A stretch of 64,000 nt of DNA from assembly GCA_032718475.1 (NCBI GenBank), contig JAUCBJ010007613.1, forward strand, positions 62,001 through 126,000, in the 5' to 3' direction. The stretch comes from Nemertoderma westbladi (Eukaryota > Animalia > Xenacoelomorpha). Below are positions 12,501 through 26,800 of the stretch, in pieces. The notes under the pieces are model-generated. The model was not told where the DNA came from, made no database searches, and was given only the letters and a program-made list of their open reading frames with translations. Position numbers and translations under genes: made by a program. Every line of letters begins with the position of its first letter. Position 1 is the stretch's first letter.

Positions 12501-14387
12501 TTAACCCTAAGTCATGAGGCTCTAATCTTAGAAATGTTGTGGAATTTCGTACTTTTTGCCCGAATTTACACAAAATGTTTAAACTTACAATCAACTACAT
12601 TACTACATTACTACAATCAACTACAATAAAACGGATTGTATTTTAATTGGTTCAAATCAGCGTGTCACTTCATCCCCTGAGTTGAAAGTATTTTGCAACA
12701 ACTCAAAACGATTAGATCTAGAACGGTTAAATACCTAGATGCAGACCTAAACGAATCGAATGTATGACTGACGCAGAGATGGCTGCTAAAATCATCAAAA
12801 AAGGTAACAACCAACTCAAGTTTTGCACTGCAATGCAATGCAATGGTGCGGTATTAGATCAGCAAATGAGATGTTTCCTCTGCAACACCCTCATACAACC
12901 ACATATGTACTGTGTATATACTACGCAGCGACCACATGGTACCACCCACTATCACAGAAATACAACTATCATCAACTTGCTATGTTGAAGCATTATCTAT
13001 GCTTTCAATTTTACTGACATTGTGCAGATTCTCTTGAGAAATTGAAACAAACATTTGATTTGATTTGATTTGATTTTGATGTGGTATGGCAGCGGGCTTG
13101 TGAAAATAGACGTGGTGGGGTGGACATCCATTGAATTATGTTAACTAACTGTCTCGTTGCAGTCGCCCAAGTACTAGATATTGAAGAGGAATAGTTTGTA
13201 GTAGCTGCAGTCCCCTTTCCGCATTCCCGCACTTGATTCGAGAATTGAACAAACCAGGTTGTTCAGACTTCCATAGCATATTGTTATATGAACATGCTAA
13301 GCAACTGTCTCCAGTATGGCATCCGACGAAGTGAACTAAGTGCATTTCTAAAGTCTTTAGAAGCACAACATCAGGATTACTTGTTGATGATGGCACCGAC
13401 CACCCGGGACTGGATTTAATAACTCCAATGTTGAACGATTTAGATTGACAAGTTTTAGAAATATCCAACGTTTCACTGTGTCATAATCGCGCGTTTGCAA
13501 TAGTGGTAAGGAATTTATGGGTCAAAACGGATTCAGAGAGAGATTGATGACAATTATTGTCCCTCTGACCCATTGGAGATTGGCCGTAAACAACTAAAAT
13601 ATTGACTTAATGTAACATATCAATATGATTCGACTCAATGGAATCCCAATTTACTTATACTTAATGCAACATGTTGTTTAGCAACAAATAAATAATTAAG
13701 CTGGACATGGTGTATAGCGGCAGCTAAAGTTCAAGGTCCTTCCTTCTCATGAAATGTAATTTAGTTATTAATGAAAGTAAATAAAATCCCTACCATACCC
13801 GACCCTATACCGGATCTACGAATGAAAGATCTTCTGATTCGAACTTCCAGTTTCTGAAGGTGCGATAGAATTGTACAATAAATATACTATCTATAGGTCA
13901 GCTGATAGCAGATAACAGTTTTAAACAAATAAGTTAATCTTAGGGACGAAGTTTGAGTTGCGACACAAATAATCACAGTGGTGATGTATTTATTATAGTG
14001 TTCGGGACAATAATGAGATATTGCTTGTAATCTTTGATATCTTTTATATATTTAGTATTGAATATTACAAATTAAATTCATTAAGAATTGTTAGAAACAT
14101 TTATAAATTCATAAAAATTGATTTTAGATATATATTATTTAATATATTAATTACATTGATATTTATTTATAACGCAGGCGTTATTTATATCATTCTGTTT
14201 AACTTTGTCGTAAAATTTTGTAGAAACAGATATAACGATTGTGTGAAATTAAAGACATATTATATTAATCATATCAATAATGATAATAATTAAATTATGT
14301 CTATAAACTGATTTATATTATCTATCATGCTGTCATCCAATGAGTTTCCTATATTTATTCATTTATTAAATGCGTCATTAGTATTTA

Positions 14388-17300
14388 ATGACTTTAATGG
14401 CAGAGAGACGCCATTTGACTTATTATTTAATACAATATTTAGTGTTTCTGTTAATACTGTTGATCATCAGTTCCAGCGATATCTCAGGAAGTCAACATTT
14501 ACGAGAGGCTTTAACAAACCCTAATGATTGCAACAATTTCACTGACATATGCCTTGTCTGTAAACCTGGGTTCTTCTCAAATGACAGTAAGTAAGTACAG
14601 TAGGATTATGTTGCATTTTGCATTAATTAATATCAGATAAGGGATCAGCTATACCCACCCTTACCTTTATGAACGGTATGGATTCCATATGTGGCCTCTG
14701 GTTTGCCGTACTGATCGCTTTATTGGAGTTCAACTATTTAGGCTTAGGGCAGCAGTAGAACCAGCTCTTACTGCTAAGGACAGCAAATCTCTGGATGGCA
14801 CATTCACAAGAAACCTACGTCGGGTTCACTGTATCAAATACAATGCACAGCACACATACCCAACCAGACATTACATAACATTGGAGGTGTCCCATTGTTT
14901 CTAGAACAAAGCCGCCTCCACTTCGCAGTACATTGCATTCCCCTAGAGGACCAGCCAGTGCATAATCGTGCTTTGGCAGTCAAATGGAGGAAATAGGCAA
15001 GGTGGTCCGATGACTTTCTTAAGATGCCTCTTTAAGGACACTGTCCTTGAAGATGCGGATAATCTCGCGAACGGAGTTGTGGCGGTGCAATTTTATCCAC
15101 AACAACAAGCCGCCGGCATAGCATTCTCAATTGACGTGAGGATGGCAAAAATGTTTTTCATAAGCCATCATAGCATCTCAATGTGCCGCAGCAATACAGC
15201 AGGCCGATTACAGTATTATAGATAGATACAGTAGGTAGTTGAGCTCAACAAATTTGCAACTCAACTGCGTTGCGATGGCTAAACTGAACTGGGTGAACTG
15301 GGTGGGACTAACCAGTAGCCTGCATAGACGAATATCCTATTTTATTTGTTGAGATAAGTTCCACAAACATATTCTTCACCCAGCCAACGCAAATACCTAC
15401 GATGTTTAGTCCTACATTCAATTACATCGTTTTTGTACTTATGGAATTAATAATTTTGCAAAAGATTGTAATGATTGGGGTTGAATGGAAGAAGTTCAGA
15501 GCCAACCTTCTGCCGTAATTTTGCCATGGTACCTTCCAAACTTCGGATCAAACTCCAATCTAATATTACGTTTCCTTTCACAATATCGCATTTAATCTAG
15601 AAGAGTCAACCCTAACCCTACCTATTAACTGGCGTTGTTTCTGTTTTAGGTGATCTGGGTTGTTCATGTTGTCTAGCACAAGGATTTTGTAAGAAAGGCT
15701 CATGCAAAATATGTTCCCCCGGTTACTACCAATCAAATGCAGGACAAGGTGAATGTATTCCGTGTCCGTCTGGAAGTACGAGTCTTAGTAAGCATACAGC
15801 CTGTCTGCCATGTCCTGTAGGTTAGTCTCTGTACACAGCTGTCTTAAAAATACCTAACTAATCATAAAAACTAACAAAACTAAAAATCTTCGATTATTCA
15901 TATTCCATTTAACTTGTGCCAATTCTTATCTAAAAAACGGCTTAGGATATTATTAAATTTGTGTCATACATAATACAGTCATTTAAAGTACCTTATGTAA
16001 TATTTAGGTCATTACGCTCCACTCCCTGGGTCCAGTCAGTGCTTTCCATGTCCGGCCGGAACATTCCAGGATAAAACAAATCAAACTGGCTGCAACTCTT
16101 GCCCTCTAGGTCAATATTCTCCGTCGCCTGGGTCATATCAGTGTGACAAGTGCCTTTCAGGTTAGTAGTAATTCAGATCAGTTGAAGATATTATTCACAG
16201 GAAAATTTACAATAGCTCATAAATATTAATATTGCCTGAAAAAATAGATCAGTTCAGATCTATGAATATCCAGCCTATTAATTACTGTCTAATGTATCTT
16301 TTATAATTACTGGTCTGCAGGAACATACAGTGACAATGTGAATGCAACGGAATGTACCAACTGCACTGCCGGTTGGTTCCAGAACAAAACATCACAAACG
16401 AGTTGTATAAGCTGTCTCCCTGGTTACTATAATAACCAATCATCATCGACGTCTTGCAAATCATGTGACCCAGGTATGTATGTATGTAGGCCTAAGGATA
16501 AAAGAATAACTAATTATAATTGCCATTTATTACATGTGAATTACCACATGTTAAACAGCTCTACGTGGGATATTGGTACCCACTACGCCCGTTTGATTTG
16601 CAATGTAATATTTTCGTTAGCAAAGCAGTGCTGAATAACCGGCTGATAGGCAATTAGCTCTAGCGGCATTGACAGGAGAGTTAGGCAGCTCAGTTGCTGA
16701 CTGCATAGAGCTACTACTACAAGCAGTGGAGTATTTATGGTGGCCACTGCCACAGTACTTTCACATCACGACAAGATGTATTGATAATATGTTCCTGTGG
16801 TAGGCAACTTTTAATCTTGATATCATGCTTATTTCATGAACTCTTACTGAGACTGAGATGACACATGTAGAGGATGAAGATGTAGAGACTCTTTGTGCAA
16901 TAACAGGTTCACCGCGACGCCATGTACCATAATAATCGTTATAAACATAAGACAGTAAAAAGTTGGGAAGTTTATTCAATACAATCTTTGAAGAATCCTT
17001 CAAAGAATCATATTTCTATGGTTCATAGAATGTAAACAGGTGCAATCATCACCCAACAAGCAGTGTAGCTATTTTTTATTATTCTTTGAAAGTAGTCAAA
17101 AAAATTGGGATGATTAAATAATATTTAAGCCAGTTTTGTACAAGCACTACTATTTTATCATCTTCGCTATTTTTATGATACCTACTGGTACCACATTATT
17201 GTAGGTCTATGTGAAAAATAGTATGACACAAATTAAACAACGTAACAATTATTGTCCTATTTATTATCTATCCTCTCAGGAACATTTAACCAACATAAGG

Positions 17301-17402
17301 CGTCAACAAACTGCACCGAATGTAAAAAAGGTAAATCACAGCCCTTAAGTGGACAGACGGAATGCATTGCTTGTGATCCAGGGAAATATAGCAACACAAC
17401 AG
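14388..17402 (+). CDS. Host gene, 5' part: secreted Cys-rich protein with GCC2/GCC3-like repeats; exons 14388-14586, 15650-15820, 16008-16160, 16321-16473, 17280-17402
   Basis: All introns GT-AG and phase 1. The spliced frame is open for 266 codons: hydrophobic signal-like segment (YLVFLLILLIISSS), then 17-aa CxxCxxG[YF] repeats (CFPCPAGTFQDKTNQTGCNSCPLGQY). No further Cys-repeat exon was found in the window. Confidence 0.85.
14726..15100 (+). mobile_element. Old degenerate RTE 3' fragment in host intron 1
   Basis: Similar to 52620-53060 (aaatctctggatggcacattcacaag; ccagtgcataat; atgactttctt). Confidence 0.8.
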
Positions 17403-17889
17403 GTAATAAAAGTATAACTTATTATCATTGTAAAAATTAATAAAATATTTTGCAAGAAAAGTAGCAACTGAGTATTGGGTAAAAATGTTTTTTTTTTTAA
17501 ATAAATAAATATAAATCGTTCAAACATGGTTTGGTCTTTAGATGTCAACTTGCCACTCAGCCTCAAAACATGACATTGGGGTGGCTTCCAGTCAGCCCCA
17601 AAACATGACATTGGGGTGGGGCTACCCGGCAAAGATTCACGGCGTTAAATTAAAAGTTGCTCGCCCCAATATTTTTAACTATAGTATCCTGGTTATCATC
17701 CACTTTTCTTACAACCCATCACAGTTGTAGTTGTCCATTGGCGAACTTTTTTTTAGAGGCTTACCTGCTCTGGGGCGAGTTGGGCGGAAGGTGTTGGTAC
17801 AGAAGAAACTCAGAAAGGGGTGGATTGAAATCTATCCGCAGCCGTAAGCCACTAACTTAAAATTACTTCCTCGCCAAAGTTAAAGAAAA

Positions 17890-18007
17890 ATAAGTAAAGA
17901 TTTCTTTGGCCTTTAGGCCAGGAATTACGTACACAGTCTGACGCTTATTTCCATTGAGGTCCCCCCAGAAGTATACTCCCCAGAGAAAACTGGTACTCAT
18001 TTAGCTA
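17890..18007 (-). mobile_element. SINE 3' fragment, same family as 27648-27970
   Basis: Reverse complement matches 27822-27970 (tagctaaatg.gtac...ctctggggagta...gaaataag.gtcagact). Confidence 0.6.
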
Positions 18008-19758
18008 TCATGCAAGGCAAATGTGCGCCCTGGAAAGTCATTTTAAATCATTCGTGCAGAATCGAAAACGTCAAAACTCAATATCGCATTCGCACGGATT
18101 TCAATGATGTAGGCACAGGCAACCAGTATGACGTCACCTGGTGGCCTGTAAAATGACAAAATGACACTTCCGGTATCCATCAGATAGCAGACAGCAGAAG
18201 TGACAGGACACGACTGCACTACTCCTGCAACACAGAGAGTAGCCTACCGATGTAGGCATACTGCAGTACTGCTAATTACTGACTGGGAAAATTCATATAG
18301 TTCTTATGGGATTTGTTCCCAATCCTACAATAACAGACAACATTACTCACCAGCGCCTAGAACAATCCACCAGGTCACCGGGTCCGTCGTCCGTTCTCTA
18401 TTATATCGTGGGTTACAACTTATATTTCCGTCACTCTATTCCGCCGTGGGGAGGGGCTTCACTCGCGGTCAAGCGAGCAAGGTAACTTTGGCAATCAGGT
18501 AACTCTATTGGCTGATTGGGTTTGGCAGTTTGGGTATTTATATTAAGGTGCAGGGAGAGCCTGGAGTCTGTTTGGGAGGTTTGGACATCCTTATAAAAGG
18601 AGCTCTAGAATTATCAGCCCAGTCAAGGCTTACACGTGGCCCAGGGGAAGAAATACTTGGAGTACCGCAACCGGCCCTCCTTATTTCCTTCCCGGCTATA
18701 GAATCTTCACAAAGGATTCTTTTAGCCAACGTGATAATAAGAACTTTTGAATTTAAAATAAAATCGCAGTTCTTCACAATTTCGTCGGCTCAGCAGCCTT
18801 GGTGATTAGTGGACTACGGCAGCTCTTCACCAAAGACTCTGTAGTCTGTAGTCTGCGATCAATTTACTTTAGATTACCTCGCATATCGAGTGTCTTTTGT
18901 CAGTTGGTCATCAACCAGTGTATATGCGCTGGGTAGGACAGACGTTCGCTTCCGCAACGGGTCGAAAATTTGCCCTGGAAAAATTATAATCAATCCAAGT
19001 CATTATTATTGTTTTTCCGCCAAATTTAATTTAATTTTTGGCACAAACCTATATGTTTACCGGCTGAATCAAACTGTCAATGTCAAACCGCGTTCTGACA
19101 TTTAATTGGCCAAACCTGCAAACATCCTTTTATATTGCGACATTTCTGCTGGGAACGTACCGGTCTGTCGGTAGTTTACCGTGTAGATTTGCAATATATA
19201 TAATTACCGGTACGGTACCTGTAATAAATTTTATACTGGTACCTATACTCTAAACACAACCCTATTCATACATTAGGGAACTAAGCTCAATCAGCGGTAG
19301 TTTTTGTGAATGAGTAGACCTAAACTTTCAGGTGTATTTGAGTTGTTTATGGTTTTGCACTTTTGTGTGTGTGTTTGTTTTATATACAGATATAGGCCTA
19401 CCTAGGCCAATACAGTCTTGATCCTGTTTTCTATCAGTCTGTGTCCCTGCTACCGTACATTTGCGAGTAGCCTAGGCCTACCGGTCTTAAATATCTAATC
19501 TGAACACAGGTAGGCCTAATATTTTAGTTATTCATGATTATAATCTGATGATCTGTGAAGTTGTGCATTTTCACATTCCCACATTCAGATTAATTCAAAT
19601 TTTAATTCCAAGAAATTTCAAATTTAAATTCTGAGTACCGGTACTGGTAATATTTTGCATAAATTAAATAAATATATACCTTCTGCTTCTGTTCAGATTT
19701 AGTGGTATACCGGTATCAGGAGTTTTGCCTATCAGCCTATACTGCTATATATACCGGT

Positions 19759-19778
19759 ATATATATATATATATATAT
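19759..19778. repeat. (TA)n microsatellite, left flank of element A
   Basis: Direct reading. Confidence 0.95.
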
Positions 19779-20810
19779 CTTAAACGACACCATAAGGCCA
19801 TGATATATACAGATGTGGCCTTTGTGTGAAATTTGATTTATATCGGGGCCATATAGTGTAAATTGTGGCGGTAGTGCGTAACGCCTATATGGCCATGTGG
19901 CTATTGTGACAGAGGCCGGATATTATTGAAATTAAGAAATTTTTTGATTGATTTTACATAAATTTTGTGAGTCAGAAATATATCACATATTAGATTATTC
20001 GTACATTTATGATACTTAACGTGTAAAAATAAGCATAAATAATTTATCGGTCATGCTTATTATTAGACAACTTGTATTGTTAATGTTTCGATGTGTAAAG
20101 TGGTCATTGCCACGACCTAATACTGTATTATTTTAATTCTTAACTAACTATTATTAGGGACTTATAACATCTGTCTATCTATCAAATAATTAATAAACAA
20201 CTTAATTTTTCAATTACAGGCCCATTTTTACAGCCATTTAAATATTGCGGGACGAAACGCCCTAGAATGCCTAGATCCATAACGCCTGTTACGCCCATTA
20301 TCCAAATTATTATCCGACGAAATACCCGTTATCGAAATACTGACACTGATGCCGGTCAGTCACAATCTAATACTAAGTCCTCCTAAAGGGGGCGGGGCGA
20401 GCAATGAGAAATGCAAATAAATTGTCTAAAAACTAATTTTAATTATTATTAAATTTAAAAGAATTAGAATAAAAAAGCACAAAGAATTGAATTATTAAGA
20501 AGATAGGCCTAACTAAACTATATGATTAAAATACAACTAGACGATTAGATTCCAAGAATCAAATATTTCGGGGATGGTTCTATAACTCTGAAAAACTAAA
20601 CTAAATAACTTGGAATTATTTGTTTATAATCATTTATAGATCATATTTTTATATGCAGAAACATTATACATTTTTCCAATAAAATTGGGTCCAAATATGA
20701 GGCTTGCCAACAACAATGTTCAGGATTAGCTCTTGTGAGTTATAGAACCCCCACTTCACTTAACTATGAATTTAACTAGGCCGACAGATATGATATAACG
20801 TTCGGTTTGT

Positions 20811-23800
20811 TTAAGGTTTGGCATGTTTCATCTTTAGTTTGAGAACGTTGAGTCGTTGGTATATTTGTTTGTCAGTTTTTCCGGGAAATAGACGACGGAC
20901 AGAGGCAATTTTGGTATTATTTCTCGGAATCCGCTTTCCGTTTATCTCTTCTCTGAAGGCTTCGCAGAGACGTACAGATGAATTCGGTGACCAAACAGCC
21001 CGCTTGGATTTCAGCAGTTGTTTAATCTTCCTCGTATTATTCACATTCCTAAACAAGAAAGTATGAAATATGTAAGATTACATGAGAATGTATGAATGAA
21101 TATAAAAAAAACAATACGATGGGATAATACTGTAATTAATAAGCGGACAATTCCGACCCGAACACTTGCGACCCGGAAAATGCAACACCGACAATTCCGA
21201 CCCGAACACTTGCGACCCGGAAAATCCAACACCGACAATTCCGACCCGAACACTTGCGACCCGGAAAATCCAACACCGACAATTCCGACCCGAGCACTTG
21301 CGACCCGGAAAATCCAACACCGACAATTCCGACCCGAACACTTGCGACCCGGAAAATCCAACACCGACAATTCCGACCCGAACACTTGCGACCCGGAAAA
21401 TCCAACACCGACAATTCCGACCCGAACACTTGCGACCCGGAAAATCCAACACCGACAATTCCGACCCGAACACTTGCGACCCGGAAAATCCAACACCGAC
21501 AATTCCGACCCGAACACTTGCGACCCGGAAAATCCAACACCGACAATTCCGACCCGAACACTTGCGACCCGGAAAATCCAACACCGACAATTCCGACCCG
21601 AACACTTGCGACCAGGAAAATCCAACACCGACAATTCCGACCAGAACACTTGCGACCCGGAAAATCCAACACCGACAATTCCGACCCGAACACTTGCGAC
21701 CCGGAAAATCCAACACCGACAATTCCGACCCGAACACTTGCGACCCGGAAAATCCAACACCGACAATTCCGACCACCAAACCGACAATTCCGACCCGAAC
21801 ACTTGCGACCCGGAAAATCCAACACCGACAATTCCGACCCGACCACTTGCGACCCGGAAAATCCAACACCGACAATTCCGACCTGAACACTTGCGACCCG
21901 GAAAATCCAACACCGACAATTCCGACCAGAACACTTGCGACCCGGAAAATCCAACACCGACAATTCCGACCCGAACACTTGCGACCCGGAAAATCCAACA
22001 CCGACAATTCCGACCCGAACACTTGCGACCCGGAAAATCCAACACCGACAATTCCGACCACCAAACCGACAATTCCGACCCGAACACTTGCGACCCGGAA
22101 AATCCAACACCGACAATTCCGACCCGAACACTTGCGACCCGGAAAATCCAACACCGACAATTCCGACACGACCACTTGCGACCCGGAAAATCCAACACCG
22201 ACAATTCCGACCCGAACACTTGCGACCCGGAAAATCCAACACCGACAATTCCGACCCGAACACTTGCGACCCGGAAAATCCAACACCGACTATTGCGGCC
22301 CAATTAAGTTTCATGGATATTTTAGTGGGTCGGAATTAGCTGTCCTTGTTAATAAGCATTTAGACTATTTGTAGTAAATCGTTCTTAATTAAAATTTATC
22401 GCTATTTTACATGTAATATTCGATATACTGTGCTCGTTTATAAGTTGTTCGCTGCAAGAAGTCAATAAAATCTCAATCTATATTATTATGTGGGTAGGAT
22501 ATAGGGTTGATTGTCTGGGTCATAATTAATTGACAGTATACCATAAACACCAACAACAAAATTTTATAGTAGCATATTATAATTTGCATTGTTTGTGTTT
22601 TTATGGTGGTGATATAATAAATATTAATAAATAAATAATATTGGCCTGAAGTCAAAACAAAACTATAATTATATAAATAAAAAACAAACTTTTCTCTTGA
22701 AGGTGAAACGTCTATAGCATTGGAATCTGGTCCTATAGCATTGGAATCTGGTCCTATAGCATTGGAATCTGGTCCTATAGCATTGGAATCTGGTCCTATA
22801 GCATTGGAATCTGGTCCTGTAGCATTGGAATCTGGTCCTGTAGCATTGGAATCTGGTCCTGTAGCATTGGAATCTGGTCCTATAGCATTGGAATCTGGTC
22901 CTATAGCATTGGAATCTGGTCCTATAGCATTGGAATCTGGTCCTATAGCATTGGAATCTGGTCCTATAGCATTGGAATCTGGTCCTATAGCATTGGAATC
23001 TGGTCCTGTAGCATTGGAATCTGGTCCTATAGCATTGAAATCTGGTCCTATAGCATTGGAATCTGGTCCTATAGCATTGGAATCTGGTCCTGTAGCATTG
23101 GAATCTGGTCCTATAGCATTGGAATCTGGTCCTGTAGCATTGGAATCTGGTCCTGTAGCATTGGAATCTGGTCCTGTAGCATTGGAATCTGGTCCTGTAG
23201 CATTGGAATCTGGTCCTGTAGCATTGGAATCTGGTCCTGTAGCATTGGAATCTGGTCCTGTAGCATTGGAATCTGGTCCTGTAGCATTGGAATCTGGTCC
23301 TATAGCATTGGTGTCTGGAGCAGTAGAACCAGGATGTGAAAGAGCAAAGTTGAATGCCCTTTGATGTCTATCACGTGCTGATAAAGCCTCACTGGTTGAC
23401 TGAACAGCCTCATATATCCGTAATTGTGTTTCCCTAGAATGACCCATTGAGTGAGCAGCGTTTTCTTTTTCATGGACTTCTCCTGGTAGTCTTTGGTTGA
23501 AAAAACTCTTGGCGTGCCGAAAACTAGTCGATCCTGCCTTCGACTTGGAACCTGGGACGAGTTTTTGCCACAGGTTATTAAGTGGGATGCTGGTGTTGCT
23601 AAGTTGCTCTCCATTACGTGTCACAAATACGAAACTTGAATCAGAAGACAACGTACGAGAAGTGTATAATGTGCGACCGATATAAACCCATTTCTTTAAT
23701 AAAACGTAATCCTTATAGCTAATGATAATTTTCTGTGGTCCATAAAATCCTGAGGTCTTGTGATTTGGTACTTGAAAAATAAACACATTATTACCGCTGA

Positions 23801-26800
23801 TATCTGTGGTTACAAAACCCTCCTTGAAATGTTTCACTTTTAAGTTCTTTACAACACACTCTCGCAATCCCAGGTCGTATATTATTAGACTTATAAGATA
23901 CGTTTGCATTTCTGTCAGTTCGTCTTTGTCATCAACGTCAGGTAACCTTGTAATATTGTCGCGAATTTTATCAATATATGAAGACGTCTGAAACTTATTT
24001 ATCTCCTCAGCTGTAGGCATGGTTTCCGTAGCCCTTTGGCGAACTGTATAGGCGTGCTTTCTAACATCGGACTTCTGTCGCCGTTGTAAATCTTTTGTCA
24101 CTGTCAGGCCTTTCACGGCCCCGCTAACATCATTTAAGACAAGAAATTCAAAGTATCTCTGAAGTCTCCTTAGTACGGCTTTCAGTGTATTGGCAGACCG
24201 GGTGCCACCACCACGAATTTTCTCAGAAGCTACTTGACAGTATGCATTATGTAATTTTTGTGGATCACTTATCTCATCGAACCTTAGTATGTAGTTCTCT
24301 TTATTATCACCCATATGTTTAAAGAATGTTCTCACACTCGAAGCTATCATTAAGATATCCCTCTCTCTTTCTTTTAATGATTCTTCATTATAATCTGCTT
24401 TCAAATAATCCATAAATTGATCCATCATAGGAGGTTCACCTGGTTCACCAGCGTCAATAGCAGGTAGTATATAACGACTTGGATCATGTAACATTCGTTC
24501 ACGCTCTGGATCTCCGGGTAGAAGATTGTGTTTACAAGTCAGATGGTCACCAATCTTATAAAAACATTTATTGCAAATTAAGCACCGCGATATTCGACGA
24601 TTCGGTTTCTTTTTACCACTTTTATATAATCTTATCACACCAGATTTCTTAAAATATAGTTCTTTACTCTCCAGAGACAGCCGGCTTAAAACCCCGGCAT
24701 GTTGTATTTGGTGTCGATTGCGTAGATGATCATTAATTCGAAGCGTTTCTTTGTGACAGAGTTTACAGATTCTAGGTATATGAGAGTCTTTTGATTTTTG
24801 TGGCATGGAAACATCATCACAATCTCCATTGGTATCAATGCAATCTACGGAGAAAAAAACAAATGATATAATGAAGTATAAATAATTTGAATACTGGAGG
24901 GCTTATCTGAACTAAGTTAATGTATAATCAACTCAATATATAACTGACTGGGACTGTATTGTCGAGCCACGAAGTGAGCGAAGCCTTAGCATATGGGTAC
25001 CATTAACGAGTTGTCTGTCGTAGTCGTCACACGTCTAACTTTTGATCACTAATAACTTTGTAATTCCTTGATGATATTAAACCAAACTTTGTATGTACTG
25101 TATGTAGTACGTCAAAAGTTTAGAAAGAATATGAGGTTTGGTCAAAAATCAGACAGTCTGTCAGTCGGTACCGGTAGGTATTCTAGCGGTACCGCATCAC
25201 TTCGTCTAGGTTTAATAACTTTAGCATTGCATCAATTTTGATGAAACTTTCACAGATTGACGTATGGAATATTCGTAATTCAATGAGTACATAGAGTTTA
25301 TAGCTTCCCACAATTTCACGGTCCGTCACTAGGAGGCGCTAAATATCCACTTCGTCTAGACGCCGTACCTGGGCGGGAAATTTACAAATTGTCCCTCCAT
25401 CCACTAATTGCATTCATAAGAGAGGCAGGTGTATGCTGGCCCGGTTGATGTTTACATACTTACTGTATATAGAAGCTCAGCTGAGAAGTGGATTGGTTGC
25501 AAGTACTATAGATTACAGCTTCTCAGGTTAACTGAGTCTCGTGCTGCGCGAAAGCCCCACAAACATGTATCTTACTGTATTTACGCGAATAAGTTATACC
25601 CCACCCACCCCGCCCGGGGGTGGGGTATAGGCAGGGCCGCATTTAGGAAAAGACCAACTACGCCAGAAATAGTAAATAATAAATGTAGTATAACTAGTAA
25701 GCTAAATTATATATTACCAACAAACTGAGGGGGTAGATTCTGGGGTCTAATCTACGCCGCTAACAGATATGATACCAACCATTCTGCTGGGTCGTAGCCG
25801 CATCAAACTCCTCCTGTGTCGTGGCCGCATCAAACTCCTCCTGTGTCGTGGCCGCATCAAGCTCCTGAAAAATATCACCGACACCCTGGTAACATGTGTC
25901 ATTGTTGGCCATCTGTTGCATGGCAATGCCTGCGTTCGGCAGTGTAGATGGTTGTGGAACATCATGCCACGATGCAGAAGCGTTAACCGATGGACCTGCG
26001 TTAAAATATAGGGCAACAAAATATACAATCACAGTAAGGAAGGATGGAATGTGCCCTTTGTTATGAAACTGGCGTTTGTGACACTTAGAAAAACACCATC
26101 GACATTTGACACTCTAAGCAAGATTATATTTTACTTCTCGATATATGGCTTGGCTGTCTGTCTGTCTACCCGATAGTCTATTTTAAAAAGTTTAAACCTA
26201 CCTCCATGTTTTTCTGAACTTCCATCATCTTCATCCAATAAACTTTCTAGTTCTTCTAAGTCAGGTGGTATTTCTGAACTTCCATCAACTTCATCCAATA
26301 AACTTTCTGGTTCTTCTAAGTTAGGTGGTGCGACGCTGTTATCTGTAATAAATTAATTGGTGTTGAGCTAATGAAACTAAAAATTAAGGAACAGTCATGT
26401 TTCAGGTGCCGAAAAATGCTACACCAGACCAGACCGTACAGTTACGTATACAAGTATACAATTAATACAGCAATACAGAATTACTAAAATATTATTAATT
26501 TATGAGTTTGTACAGTGAATTTGAACAGGCTAGGGGGGGGGGGGGGGGGGGAGCTAGAGTATTATTGGTTCATTATTTTGGGCATGGTTAGTCAGCCCCC
26601 AATCCTAATTAAAACTGTCATGCAAAAATGCTCAATGCTTACATAGGGTTAGGTATTTGACTAAAAATGCTGGTACCGGTAACAAAATTCACCTGACTCA
26701 CCTCGATCGAGATCTAGCCCCAACTCAATAAGAGTATTTCGATTTTGAATTGTATTAACCGGTGTATCTATTCGCCCGGACGAATAAACGAATGAACCCC

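Noticed and set aside
12764-13468. Cys-containing short ORFs (PHD-like fragment; possible minus-strand exon)
   Set aside because: Motifs incomplete and no consistent splice partners; cannot support a call.
18200-19105. Short ORFs in a moderately GC-rich segment
   Set aside because: No recognisable motifs or boundaries; probably an unidentified repeat.
21041-22374. Six ~130-420-aa ORFs; CRISPR-like appearance
   Set aside because: Artefact of a stop-free 44-bp tandem repeat; no unique spacers, no cas genes, eukaryotic intron.
22473-22689. Hydrophobic C-terminal tail of the 777-aa ORF as a membrane anchor
   Set aside because: AT-rich intron-like read-through; a phase-2 donor at 22689 joins the Myb-like exon in frame.
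22720-23364. Plus-strand (ESGPIAL)n ORF
   Set aside because: Antisense shadow of the coding repeat in the YR gene.
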